Of a DNA stretch of 64,000 bases, positions 1 to 9,552 are shown in pieces. The notes under the pieces were generated by a model. It saw nothing but the letters and a program-made list of their open reading frames with translations. It searched no databases and was not told where the DNA came from. Within the stretch, counting starts at the first letter, position 1. Every line of letters begins with the position of its first letter. The position numbers were made by a program, and so were the translations under genes. The stretch comes from Podarcis vaucheri. Lineage: Eukaryota. The DNA is taken from NCBI GenBank assembly GCA_965113315.1, contig OZ220367.1; one strand, given 5' to 3'.

Positions 1-209
1 AACCTGGTTGATGCTAAAATTCAGCGCTCCCCCCCGCCCCCGCCTCTCATGCTCCATTCCACAGTGTTCTAAGGCCTCAAATATAAAATAAATGTTCATA
101 AATGTACAAGGCAAACACACACATAACTATATAAACATGTCTGAAATATTACAGGAGAGCAATCCTGAAGCCATTTTGACTCTCCCAGTGACCCCAGATA
201 ATCCTCTGC

Positions 210-739
210 AGTAAGGGGGCGGGGGTGGGGAAAGCCCTCCCATTGTCTTTTTGCTTACAAATCCCGTCTTAAAGGGCGTGTTTGTGTGTATGAATGGGGT
301 GAGCCTGTGACCTGGATTCAGGAGCTGAAGTATTTACCATCACAAAAGAATGGCCAAGCTGCCCAGGCAAAGCAATCAGTGACCATTATGAGGTATCCTG
401 GCAGACAGGATTTCTGCTGTAGACTGCCTCCTGTGATGTATTTCTGCTGTAGACCACCTCCTTTTGTGATGTATGTATGATGTCTTGTGGGGTGGGCTAC
501 AGGGTGGGCAATTTCAAAAGTCTATGTAAGGGCTTGCACACCATTGTTCTGTTTTCTCTCCTCCCTCCTGCGTGTGGGGAGTGGGGACCCTCCCAAATAA
601 AGATCAGGCTTGCTAGCTGCTTTGCTTCTCAATATACCCTGGTTGGCCTCTGATATTTTCTCCTCCCAATAGGGAACCCACCTAAAGACTCTATACAGGC
701 TCTTATATAAGGGAAAAGAAGCAGGTTTTTCTTATAACA
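210..739 (+). mobile_element. Probable solo LTR
   Basis: Ends in ...CTTATAACA (739), has an internal AATAAA near 596, a TATA-like TATGTAAG near 523 and an internal ~30-bp imperfect tandem (TTTCTGCTGTAGAC..GTGATGTA x2). Left boundary and TSD are not clear. Confidence 0.4.
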
Positions 740-890
740 GTAGCATTGTTTGGGTGGTCCCTGCAGCGTGGCACCCGGTGCGACCATACTGGTCACACCA
801 CCCTAAAAACACCTCTGCCAACAGTTCATCAAGACACTATAGTCACTTCTCATTCTGTAATGAACATTATTTCAATAAGAATCTGACCAG

Positions 891-936
891 GTTGCAGATC
901 TAGGAAAAGATTTGTTGCAGATCTAGGAAAAGATTT
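891..936. repeat. 23-bp perfect tandem duplication GTTGCAGATCTAGGAAAAGATTT x2
   Basis: Direct read: 891-913 and 914-936. Confidence 0.9.
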
Positions 937-2490
937 GTTTTTTGCTAGCCTGGGTTCCTTTGGAAGGAAAGGTGGGGTATAAAATTAAGAAAGAAGAAAC
1001 CTAGTGAACAGGGGTTCAGCCTTCAGACTAGGTACATCCTAACCTGGAAGAGTTTGCAGGTGTATAATGCATTGTTTTGCTTTGAATTGTATTTCATTCG
1101 TTTTTGAAATACAAAGAGAAGTCAGAAAAGGCATCCTATTAATGTATTAGCAGGTCTACCTAATGCCCATTTCACCCTTTATCTCTAACCCACCATGTTT
1201 ACAAATGACCATTTAGCTCCTCCTAAGGGAAGAATGTGGGCAGGGCAGGGAGAGAGAGAGAGAGAAAATGATCAGAAGAAAGAAAGAAATAGGAAGATGA
1301 GTGAATAGGAGGGAGGCTGGTTGTTGGGGCCATTTGAGGTATTTGAGCCGCTCTATCCCTGTTTGTACACAACAAAGCACTGACGTCACACCAGCTTGCG
1401 GGTGTTTGGTTGTACCACACCTATTCAGCTTTCGTACCCTTTAATTAAAATTTCCCTGTACTTGTCCTCCTTTATTTAAAAGCTCCATATTAGGAGGGTT
1501 CTCATAATGATATCAACACTAACCTGTTCAGAATTGCTCACAGTCTAGTCAATAGGATGGCAACAAATTGCTTCAGGCAAACCTACTGTGTTTCCCAGAT
1601 ACAACACCCACAAACCTTCTCTCTAGAGGTTCCTCTGGGCGCTGTTCTCTGTGCATGTGCAACCACCCAATTCTCTTATTCCTTTCCCGCCGCCCTGGCC
1701 AACCCCATTTGTACAGGGATACTGTACTGTTTTATGCTTAGGGCTATTATAATTTGAATTTGCACTTTTCAAACTTCTGCTTCGCTTCCTTACTATTTGA
1801 GTTTGCCAGGTGGATTTCACTAGTGAAATATGTCAGCTGTTGTTGTGCGTCAGCAGCCTGTATTACAGAAAGAAAACCTGCTCAGCAAATATTCTTCAGC
1901 CTCAAGGATTTTTGGCCAGTTTCCAGGATCCCTGCACTGTTCAAACATGGTGCTAGCCCTGAAACCACAAAAATTTGCAACAGGATTTTACTGAGAAGTG
2001 AACTCCTTTTGCACTACAGTATATATGCAATTTTCAGGCATTTCTTGATGATCAGAATCTCAAAGCCATACACTCTTTCCTGCCTCACACCTATTTTATA
2101 CGTCCTTGAACATACCGAAGCATTCTGTCAATCTTCTGGTCTCTGGCCAATCAGCTCTCAGCACCACCCAGTCAATCCTAATCCAAAAGCATAGCTGTGG
2201 CAAAGGGCTCCCTCCCATGTGCCTCTGAGCAGAAAAAAACATGTACTGGAACTGATAGGGCTGCCCAAAAATCAGCCCTAGTAGCAGAGATCTTCCTCCA
2301 TCACTTGCTAGGCCTACAGCTGCTGTAGGAGATATGGGAGTAGACTGAGGTGCTTCGAAAACAGCCCTGTGTGGCAGCTATGGGAATAGTTTGTTGCCTC
2401 TTTAAGAAGTCTCAGAGCAAATGTTGTGTTCACCATAAACTGGTTGCAACCACTTGGTGGATCTTGGTGACTGGGAAGGAAAGAAGCAGC

Positions 2491-2629
2491 CAGTGGCGTA
2501 GCGTGAGGGGTGCAGGCCGCACTGGGCGCAACATCTGGGGGGTTAGGGTTAGGGGGCGCAAATCCACGGGTTAGGGGGCGCAAATTACTTGCCTTGCCCC
2601 GGGTGCTGACAACCCACGCTACGCCACTG
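2491..2629 (+). mobile_element. Non-autonomous hAT MITE with internal TTAGGG repeats (copy 1)
   Basis: TIRs CAGTGGCGTAGCGTG / CACGCTACGCCACTG; perfect 8-bp TSD GAAGCAGC (2483-2490, 2630-2637). Confidence 0.9.
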
Positions 2630-2715
2630 GAAGCAGCTCCTAAATTTGTAGGCTTGTGTTCTGAAGAGTTCTGCCTTTCTGAAATATAATTTTGTTTGGA
2701 ATCAGAAGGCCAGTA

Positions 2716-2728
2716 ATAATAATAATAA

Positions 2729-2773
<45 letters not shown>

Positions 2774-3526
2774 TTATTATTTATACCCCGCCCATCTGGC
2801 TGGGTGTCCCCAGCCACTCTGGGCGGCTTCCATAAAAACCAAAAATACAGTAAAATATCACACGTTAAAAACTTCCCTGAACAGGGCTGCCTTAAGATGT
2901 CTTCTGAATGTCAGGTAGTTGTTTATCGTTTTGACATCTGCTGGAGGGGCGTTCCACAGGGCGGGCGCCACTACCGAGAAGGCCGTCTGCCTGGTTCCCT
3001 GTAGCTTTGTTTCTCGCAATGAGGGAACCGCCAGAAGGCCCTCAGCGCTGGACCTCAGCGTCCGGGCAGAATGATGGGGGTGGAGACGCTCCTTCAGGTA
3101 TACTGGACCGAGGCCGTTTAGGGCTTTAAAGGTCAGCACCAACACTTTGAATTGTGCTTGGAAGCGTACTGGGAGCCAATGTAGGTCTTTCAAGACCGGT
3201 GTTATATGGTCTCGGCGGCCGCCCCCAGTCACCAGTCTAGCTGCCGCATTCTGGATGAGTTGTAGTTTCCGAGTCACCTTCAAAGGTAGCCCCACGTAGA
3301 GCGCATTGCAGTAGTCCAAGCGGGAGATAACCAGAGCATGCACCACTCTGGCGAGACAGTCCGCAGGCAGATAGGGTCTCAGCCTACGTACCAGATGGAG
3401 CTGGTAAACAGCTGCCCTGGACACAGATTTGACCAGGGCATGGACAGGGCCTCCATGGACAGCTGTGAGTCCAAAATGACTCCCAGGCTGCGCACCTGGT
3501 CCTTCAGGGGCACAGTTACCCCATTC
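2716..3526 (-). mobile_element. 5'-truncated L2-clade LINE (ORF2 3' end) with (ATT)n tail
   Basis: ORF 2858-3424 has L2 ORF2 C-terminal motifs (VISRLDYCNALY, LQLIQNAAARL, HITPVLKDLHWLPV); (AAT)n at 2714-2773; TSD AGGCCAGTA at 2707-2715 and 3527-3535. Confidence 0.9.
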
Positions 3527-3535
3527 AGGCCAGTA

Positions 3536-3777
3536 CAGTGGTACCTCGGGTTAAGTACTTAATTTGTTCCAGAGGTCCGTTCTTAACCTGAAACTGTTCT
3601 TAACCTGAAGCACCACTTTAGCTAATGGGGCCTCCTACTGCCGCTGCACCGCCGCTGCACGATTTCTGTTCTCATCCTGAAGGAAAGCTCTTAACCCGAG
3701 GTAATATTTCTGGGTTAGCGGAGTCTGTAACCTGAGTCGTATGTAACCTGAAGCATATGTAACCCGAGGTACCACTG
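3536..3777. mobile_element. Tc1/mariner (Tigger-like) MITE, family A
   Basis: TIRs CAGTGGTACCTCGGGTTA / TAACCCGAGGTACCACTG, TA TSD; four copies in the window. Confidence 0.9.
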
Positions 3778-3847
3778 TATAAAACAAAACAACACAGTTA
3801 GCTTATATCAGAACCATACATTGCTTCCGAGGGTGCTCAGAGCCATT

Positions 3848-4226
3848 TGTTGTCGCCTGTCCGAGTTCTGTTGCTGAGAATCAGGAGCTAGGAGTCTCTG
3901 AGGAACCTTTGCCTGAGAGCAGAATCCACATGTGAAGTCCGACAGTCCAGAGGTCAGGGAATCCAGATGATTACAGAGCTAAGGGTCTAGTCCAGATGAT
4001 GTAGAGTCAAGAGTCCAGCAGGAAGTAGCAAAGGGGTGCCAAGAACAACAGACATTTCCAGCATCTGACTGCTGCTGAGAGCTCTGTTTAAGAAGGCCAG
4101 AGTCAGCTGGTTCTCATCAGTGCCTTCTCCTCTTGTGAAGGCTGATCTGCTGCAGGTGGGGTCACTCTGCCTTATCACTCTTCAGGCTGCTGTTCAGCAG
4201 GCGAAGCTGACTTCTGGCCCATGACA
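3848..4226. mobile_element. Probable solo LTR (Gypsy-type)
   Basis: TGT...ATGACA termini with a 4/5 matching TSD CCATT / CCAAT; general make-up resembles the LTR at 21.1-21.8 kb. Confidence 0.5.
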
Positions 4227-4818
4227 CCAATACCCTGAAGGCCAGAGAAGCAACTCTGGAGTGTTTCCTCCTATGAGGAGCTTATTGTTTATTTGGTCTG
4301 TGACAGAGAGAGGCAGAGAAAGGGAGAGCAAGCAACAGAGAGTCTCTTTCTATAATAAACATCTCATTTTTTTACTCAATTATTTTGTGTTTCTTTTTTC
4401 TTTTTTAAAAATTGGGCAATTTGGAGGAGTAGAGGATGGTTTTTGTATGTGTTGCAACAAATTCTGTATTAACCATTTACCTACATTCACTCATTAAAAG
4501 CTGCAGTAGCTACTAAATTAGGCCGAGCAGGTAAGGTAAATACTACACTTCATGAGTCATGTGTAATTACATAAAAGGTGTGTGGATCTTAGCAGAGGAT
4601 ATATACTTAATGCACAGGTATGGAGGATAATGCTGTCACTATTCTTTCGACCTTGTTCTTTTGTGGGTTTGTCAGTGAAATTCTAAAATGAGAAGCTTGT
4701 TCGGAGAAGATGACCTGGCCACTGAGATCTTCTGGGATTGATTTATTTTATTCATTATTATTATGCTACAAGGCGCATCTTATTTTTTTAAAGCGCATAT
4801 CACATTTTGGTCCAATGT

Positions 4819-5143
4819 CATACCCTCCAACATTTATCTGATGAAAATAGAGACGTTCTGTTCCATAATGATAATTTTACTATTTATACCCCACACATCT
4901 TACTGGGTTGCCCCAGTCACTCTGGGCAGCTTCCAACATATATAAAAACATAATAAAACATTAACAAAACTTCCCTATACAGGATTGCCTTCAGATGGCT
5001 CAGGGGCCAGATAACTCCATACCCTCCAATGAAAATAGGGACATCCTAAGGAAAAGCGGGACATTCCAGGATCAAATCAGAAACCGAGAAGACTTCTCTA
5101 AATCAGAGACGTCCTAGGAAAATAGGGACACTTGGAGGGTCTG
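4819..5143. mobile_element. Composite non-autonomous DNA transposon containing an L2 3'-tail fragment
   Basis: Ends CATACCCTCCAA / TTGGAGGGTCTG flanked by CAATGT direct repeats; second left end at 5018-5029; internal 4870-4995 resembles the L2 3' end at 2775-2900. Confidence 0.6.
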
Positions 5144-5354
5144 CAATGTGCATAAAACAAGTTGTGAAATTTATCAAATGCCTTGTCAGTTGCAAGGGGC
5201 TCTTCAGCACACTACCTGATGTAGAAATAATCCCGAGTGCAGGAAAACTGGAAAACGCTGCTGTGTCTGAATATCATGACATCTCTTGGTTGTAATTCTA
5301 GGATCAAGTTTTCATAGCCTTGTCCTTCCTTACTACAATCAAGGAGTGGCTTTA

Positions 5355-5580
5355 CAGTGGTACCTCAGGTTAAGTACATAATTCGTTCCAGAGGTCCGTA
5401 CTTAACCTGAAGCTGTTCTTAACCTGAAGCACCACTTTAGGTAATGGGGCCTTCCGCTGCTGCCACACCGCTGGAGCATGATTTCTGTTCTCATCCTGAA
5501 GCAAAGTTCTTAACCTGAAGCACTATTTCTGGGTTAGCGGAGTCTGTAACCTGAAGCATATGTAACCTGAGGTACCACTG
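5355..5580. mobile_element. Tc1/mariner (Tigger-like) MITE, family A
   Basis: TIRs CAGTGGTACCTCAGGTTA / TAACCTGAGGTACCACTG, TA TSD. Confidence 0.9.
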
Positions 5581-6169
5581 TACTTTGCTTCCTTTTTGCA
5601 GAGAGTCATAATAAACTTTTCCAGACAACAGTTCCGTCTCTCTGGTTTATGCATCCTGCTTTTATTTCTAAACCGCTATCAGAACAATGGCTAAACGCTT
5701 CATGTTTATTACAGCTGCTGTTGCTTCCTGACAAACGTGTCAGATGTAAAGCATAATTTCACTCTAATCTGCGCCGGCCTTCATTACTTTCCCTCGTCAA
5801 TCTAATTTCCACCTGTTCCCATGCTATCTCTTTCTTTCTTCTCTGCTCCAGTTGCAATCACAGCTAACATAATTCTCTGAGGTGGCGCCTGATAGATACC
5901 AAAGGCCCTGCAAAGCTCTGCTGAGTCATCCTAGTGTCAGAGACCGAGGCCTAGGAAATGAACCCATAAGCGATTCCCCTCCCCCCCCCAAGTGACACAT
6001 TAAACATAATGGCTGGTGTCACTCAGGGCAGACTGTTGCTTTTTTCCTTAGCCATAATTACAGAAAGGCCCTGCGCAGGAGATGCAAAAATGTTGGGGGT
6101 CGAGGAGGCTCAGTTGTGAGGGAGTGAGAAATGTCCCTATTTTCATCTGAGGAACATTGGAGGTTATGC

Positions 6170-6240
6170 TATTGCTCAGTGGTAGAGAGCAAGCTTTGCA
6201 TACAGGAAGTCAAAAGTTTCAATTCCTGGTATCTCCAGGT
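6170..6240 (+). mobile_element. Decayed tRNA-derived SINE head
   Basis: A-box-like GCTCAGTGGTAGAG and B-box-like GTTTCAATTCC, but no intact cloverleaf. Confidence 0.5.
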
Positions 6241-6342
6241 AGGGAGAAAGTCTCCTGTACAAAACCCAGGTGCAGTCAGTGCAGTGTGGAGTTGCTGTCC
6301 TGCCCCTAGGGTGGTGGTTTGGGGTAGGGTAGTGGCAAGGGC

Positions 6343-6651
6343 CGATCAGAAGGTCGGCGGTTCGAATTCCCGCGACAGGGTGAGCTCCCGTTGCTCGGTC
6401 CCTGCTCCTGCCAACCTAGCAGTTCAAAAGCACATCAAAGTGCAAGTAGATAAATAGGTACCGCTCTGGTGGGAAGGTAAATGGCGTTTCCGTGCGCTGC
6501 TCTGGTTCACCAGAAGTGGCTTAATCATGCTGGCCACATGACCCGGAAGCTGTACACCGGCTCCCTTGGCCAATAAAGCGAGATGAGCGCTTCAGCCCCC
6601 GAGTCAGCCACGACTGGACCTAATGGTCAGGGGTCCCTTTACCTTTAACTT
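6343..6651 (+). mobile_element. Sauria SINE (5'-truncated)
   Basis: B-box GGTTCGAATT, Sauria body, (ACCTTT)n tail; 13-bp TSD TAGTGGCAAGGGC (6330-6342, 6652-6664). Confidence 0.9.
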
Positions 6652-6734
6652 TAGTGGCAAGGGCAATCAGCAGCGGTGGATCGGCCTCACTAATGCACCT
6701 ATGTAGACCAGCCCTCAATGCTCCCCCGTCCTGC

Positions 6735-6903
6735 CAGTGGCGTACCGTGGGTTGTCAGCACCCGGGGCAAGGCAAGTAATTTGCGCCCCCTAACCCGTGG
6801 CTTTGCGCCCCCTAACCCGTGGCTTTGCGCCCCCTAACCCTAACCCCCAGATGTTGCGCCCGGTGCGGCCGGCCCCCCCTGCACCCCCCACGCTACGCCA
6901 CTG
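6735..6903 (-). mobile_element. Non-autonomous hAT MITE with internal TTAGGG repeats (copy 2, opposite orientation)
   Basis: Same TIRs as 2491-2629; perfect 8-bp TSD CGTCCTGC (6727-6734, 6904-6911); internal 22-bp units TTTGCGCCCCCTAACCCGTGGC. Confidence 0.9.
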
Positions 6904-7084
6904 CGTCCTGCCCCATCCCAAGCATCGGCCCACCACACTGCAGAAACCCTGGAGAGCAACTGCCAGTCACTGTAGACAAGAGCAAAGTAGGTGGACAGTC
7001 TGACCCCGTATGGGGCTGCTTTATACATTCACATTTACATAAGAAACGTGACATGTTCCTAGCCAAACTTCGCTTTTACGCATA

Positions 7085-7699
7085 CAGTGGTACCTCGGGT
7101 TACATACGCTTCAGGTTACAGACGCTTCAGGTTACAGACTATGCTAACCCAGAAATATTACCTCGGGTTAAGAGCTTTGCTTCAGGATGAGAACAGAAAT
7201 CGTGCAGCGGCGGTGCAGCGGCAGTAGGAGGCCCCATTAGCTAAAGTGGTCTTCAGGTTAAGAACAGTTTCAGGTTAAGAACAGACCTCCAGAATGAATT
7301 AAGTTCTTAACCCGAGGTAAAAGGTAAAGGGACCCCTGACCATTAGATCCAGTCATGACCAACTCTGGGGTTCATGACCAACTCCGGCGCTCATCTTGCT
7401 TTATCGGCCGAGGGAGCTGGCGTACAGCTTCCGGGTCATGTGGCCAGCAGGACTAAGTCGCTTCTGGCGAACCAGAGCAGTGCATGGAAACACCATTTAA
7501 CTTCCCTCCGGAGCGGTACCTATTTATCTACTTGCACTTTGACGTGCTTTCGAACTGCTAGGTTGGCAGGAGCAGGGACCGAGCAACGGGAGCTCACCCA
7601 GTCACAGGGATTCGAACCGCCGACCTTCTGATCAGCAAGTCCTAGGCTCTGTGGTTTAACCCACAGCACCACCTGCGTCCCTAACCGGAGGTACCACTG
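7085..7699. mobile_element. Tigger-like MITE family A, interrupted by a Sauria SINE
   Basis: TA-CAGTGGTACCTCGGGTTA left end and ...GAGGTACCACTG-TA right end; SINE lies inside the right TIR. Confidence 0.85.
7320..7681 (-). mobile_element. Sauria SINE (near full length)
   Basis: (AAAGGT)n tail at left and tRNA head GGGACGCAGGTGG.. at right; TSD TAACC(C/G)GAGGTA at 7308-7319 and 7682-7693. Confidence 0.9.
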
Positions 7700-7883
7700 T
7701 ATTATTGAAATCGCATGAAATGGTACGGTTCGTGGACCAAGCACCCATCACAAGAGGAATGTGCAGGGTTTTTTTTAATTATTGCTCCAAGTTTTTTGAC
7801 TTGGAATGTTTCAACCATGTAAAAAGCGCAGTTTCTTTGATATGAGGTCATGAAGTTTATCAAGAATGGAGGTCTGCTAAGCC

Positions 7884-8019
7884 CAGGCTTCCTCAACCTC
7901 GGCCCTCCAGATGTTTTTGGCTTACAACTCCCATGATCTCTAGCTAGCAGGACCAGTAGTCAGGGATGCTGGGAATTGTAGTCTCAAAACATCTGGAGGG
8001 CTGAGGTTGAGGAAGCCTG
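7884..8019. mobile_element. Palindromic hAT-type MITE
   Basis: Long inverted arms CAGGCTTCCTCAACCTCGGCCCTCCAGATGTTTT / AAAACATCTGGAGGGCTGAGGTTGAGGAAGCCTG; imperfect TSD TGCTA(A)GCC. Confidence 0.8.
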
Positions 8020-9104
8020 TGCTAGCCTAACAACAGACTTCGCATTGTCATATTTTTATGCGAGGGAAATGGCGTCACATAGAGACAATGATACCTGGGT
8101 AACTGTGTCAGAATCAGTTGTCCCAAGCTGGAAAACTAATGGCCCCACTAGATATTTTTTTTTTTAAGAACAACATTTATATACGCTCAAGGAGGTCAAA
8201 GTAGCAGTTTAACCTCAGGAGAGTACCATTGGGTTGTTTGGCTGTGGGCTAAATAAGAAACAGACTATATTATCATTGTTACCATTATTGTTATTTTATT
8301 TATTTCCTTTCTCATGTGTCTCAAGGCAATTTACAAATATACAACAAAAACAACAGAAAGTAGTCTGAAAACTACTAAATATAGACTTTGAAACAGTACA
8401 AAATTATCTAAAACAGATATTTTTTTCATGTAGCTGGAAAAGCTTGTTGAAAAAACAGGTGTTAAATTGTTTCTGGAAAGTAAATGAGGGGCAGCCACAC
8501 TGAAAGACTGCTCTGAGTTACTATGGAGTAGGCTTCTGATGTCTTCGGCCCTTGAAGGAGAAACTCTCTTGCAGAATGCAGAATGACCTCACAAAATGTA
8601 AAAACCAGTTGCACAAATTTTATGGTATCAAAACCCGTGATTAAAATACACAGTGAAACAGTCCTATTAAAATATAAATATCTATAATTAAAACACACAA
8701 TAGAACAATCTGATTAAAACATTGCTGCCATTAATACAGGAGACTGAGGTGAAGAAATCAGGGACTGCCTGTGCAAACAGGTGAGTCTTCAAAAGCGAGC
8801 AGAAAATCTGTCAAAAGGTGGCGGAAGCTGTAGTATACGCTGGCTGCATCCTTTGGAAGCTCCCTAGCTGCAAGAAATCTGACTTGATGTTTTTGAAATT
8901 TGTTCCTATGCCATTGGCTGAACTGCTGAAATTTTCACGAACATGCTGATTTTCAAACCTGTTAGTGCTCAGGTGGGGTTACAGGCTGCCAAGGGAAAGA
9001 GATACAAAGCAGCATTAATACTACCCTGGTGGGCAACTATTGGGATTATGATGAGGAAGTGTCTTCTACTGCATCCTCTCCTTCCACAAACCTCAGAGTG
9101 TGTG

Positions 9105-9258
9105 TTATGGTTTTTGAACGTTCTTTTGGAAGCCGAACGTCCAATGGGGCTTCTGTGGCTTCCAATTGGCTGCAGGAGCTTCCTGCAGCCAATCAAGAAG
9201 CCATGCTTTGGTTTCCGAACATTTGGGAAGTCAAATGGACTTCCAAGGTACGACTGTA
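9105..9258. mobile_element. Partial Tigger-like MITE
   Basis: One end GGTACGACTG-TA; internal hairpin ATTGGCTGCAGGAGCTTCCTGCAGCCAAT. Confidence 0.5.
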
Positions 9259-9552
9259 CTAGAGATTCCAGAGTGTACCATTTCTAGTAGCCTGTCTGGC
9301 AGAGCCTTGCCCTCTCTTTTTCCATGGTTTCCTTTACTTCTTGTGCTGTGTCTTTTCCACGAATTACCCTTTAAACTTTAAAGCAAAAATATAGCACTCA
9401 AGGCTTCTAGCTTTGGGGCTGAAAATCTGGTTTTAAAAATAATAGGTTGGTATATGCAGTTGTGTGAGTTGAATTATCCCTTGATGTGTGATATGGTTTA
9501 ATGAAGGCTAATGCTGACTTGAAAGTGCTTCTGCACTACACTGAGAAACGGT

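Noticed and set aside
2314-2817. 167-aa ORF with poly-Leu resembling a signal peptide, and similar poly-Ile/Asn ORFs at 10579, 14605, 28449 and 30542
   Set aside because: Translations of (AAT)n LINE tails joined to transposon sequence.
6170-6240. tRNA gene
   Set aside because: Only A/B-box remnants with no intact stems; better explained as a SINE head. The same applies to the Sauria and CORE-SINE heads.
6780-6850. Interstitial telomere or CRISPR-like repeat array
   Set aside because: Only 2-3 units inside a TIR/TSD-bounded MITE, with no unique spacers, in eukaryotic DNA.
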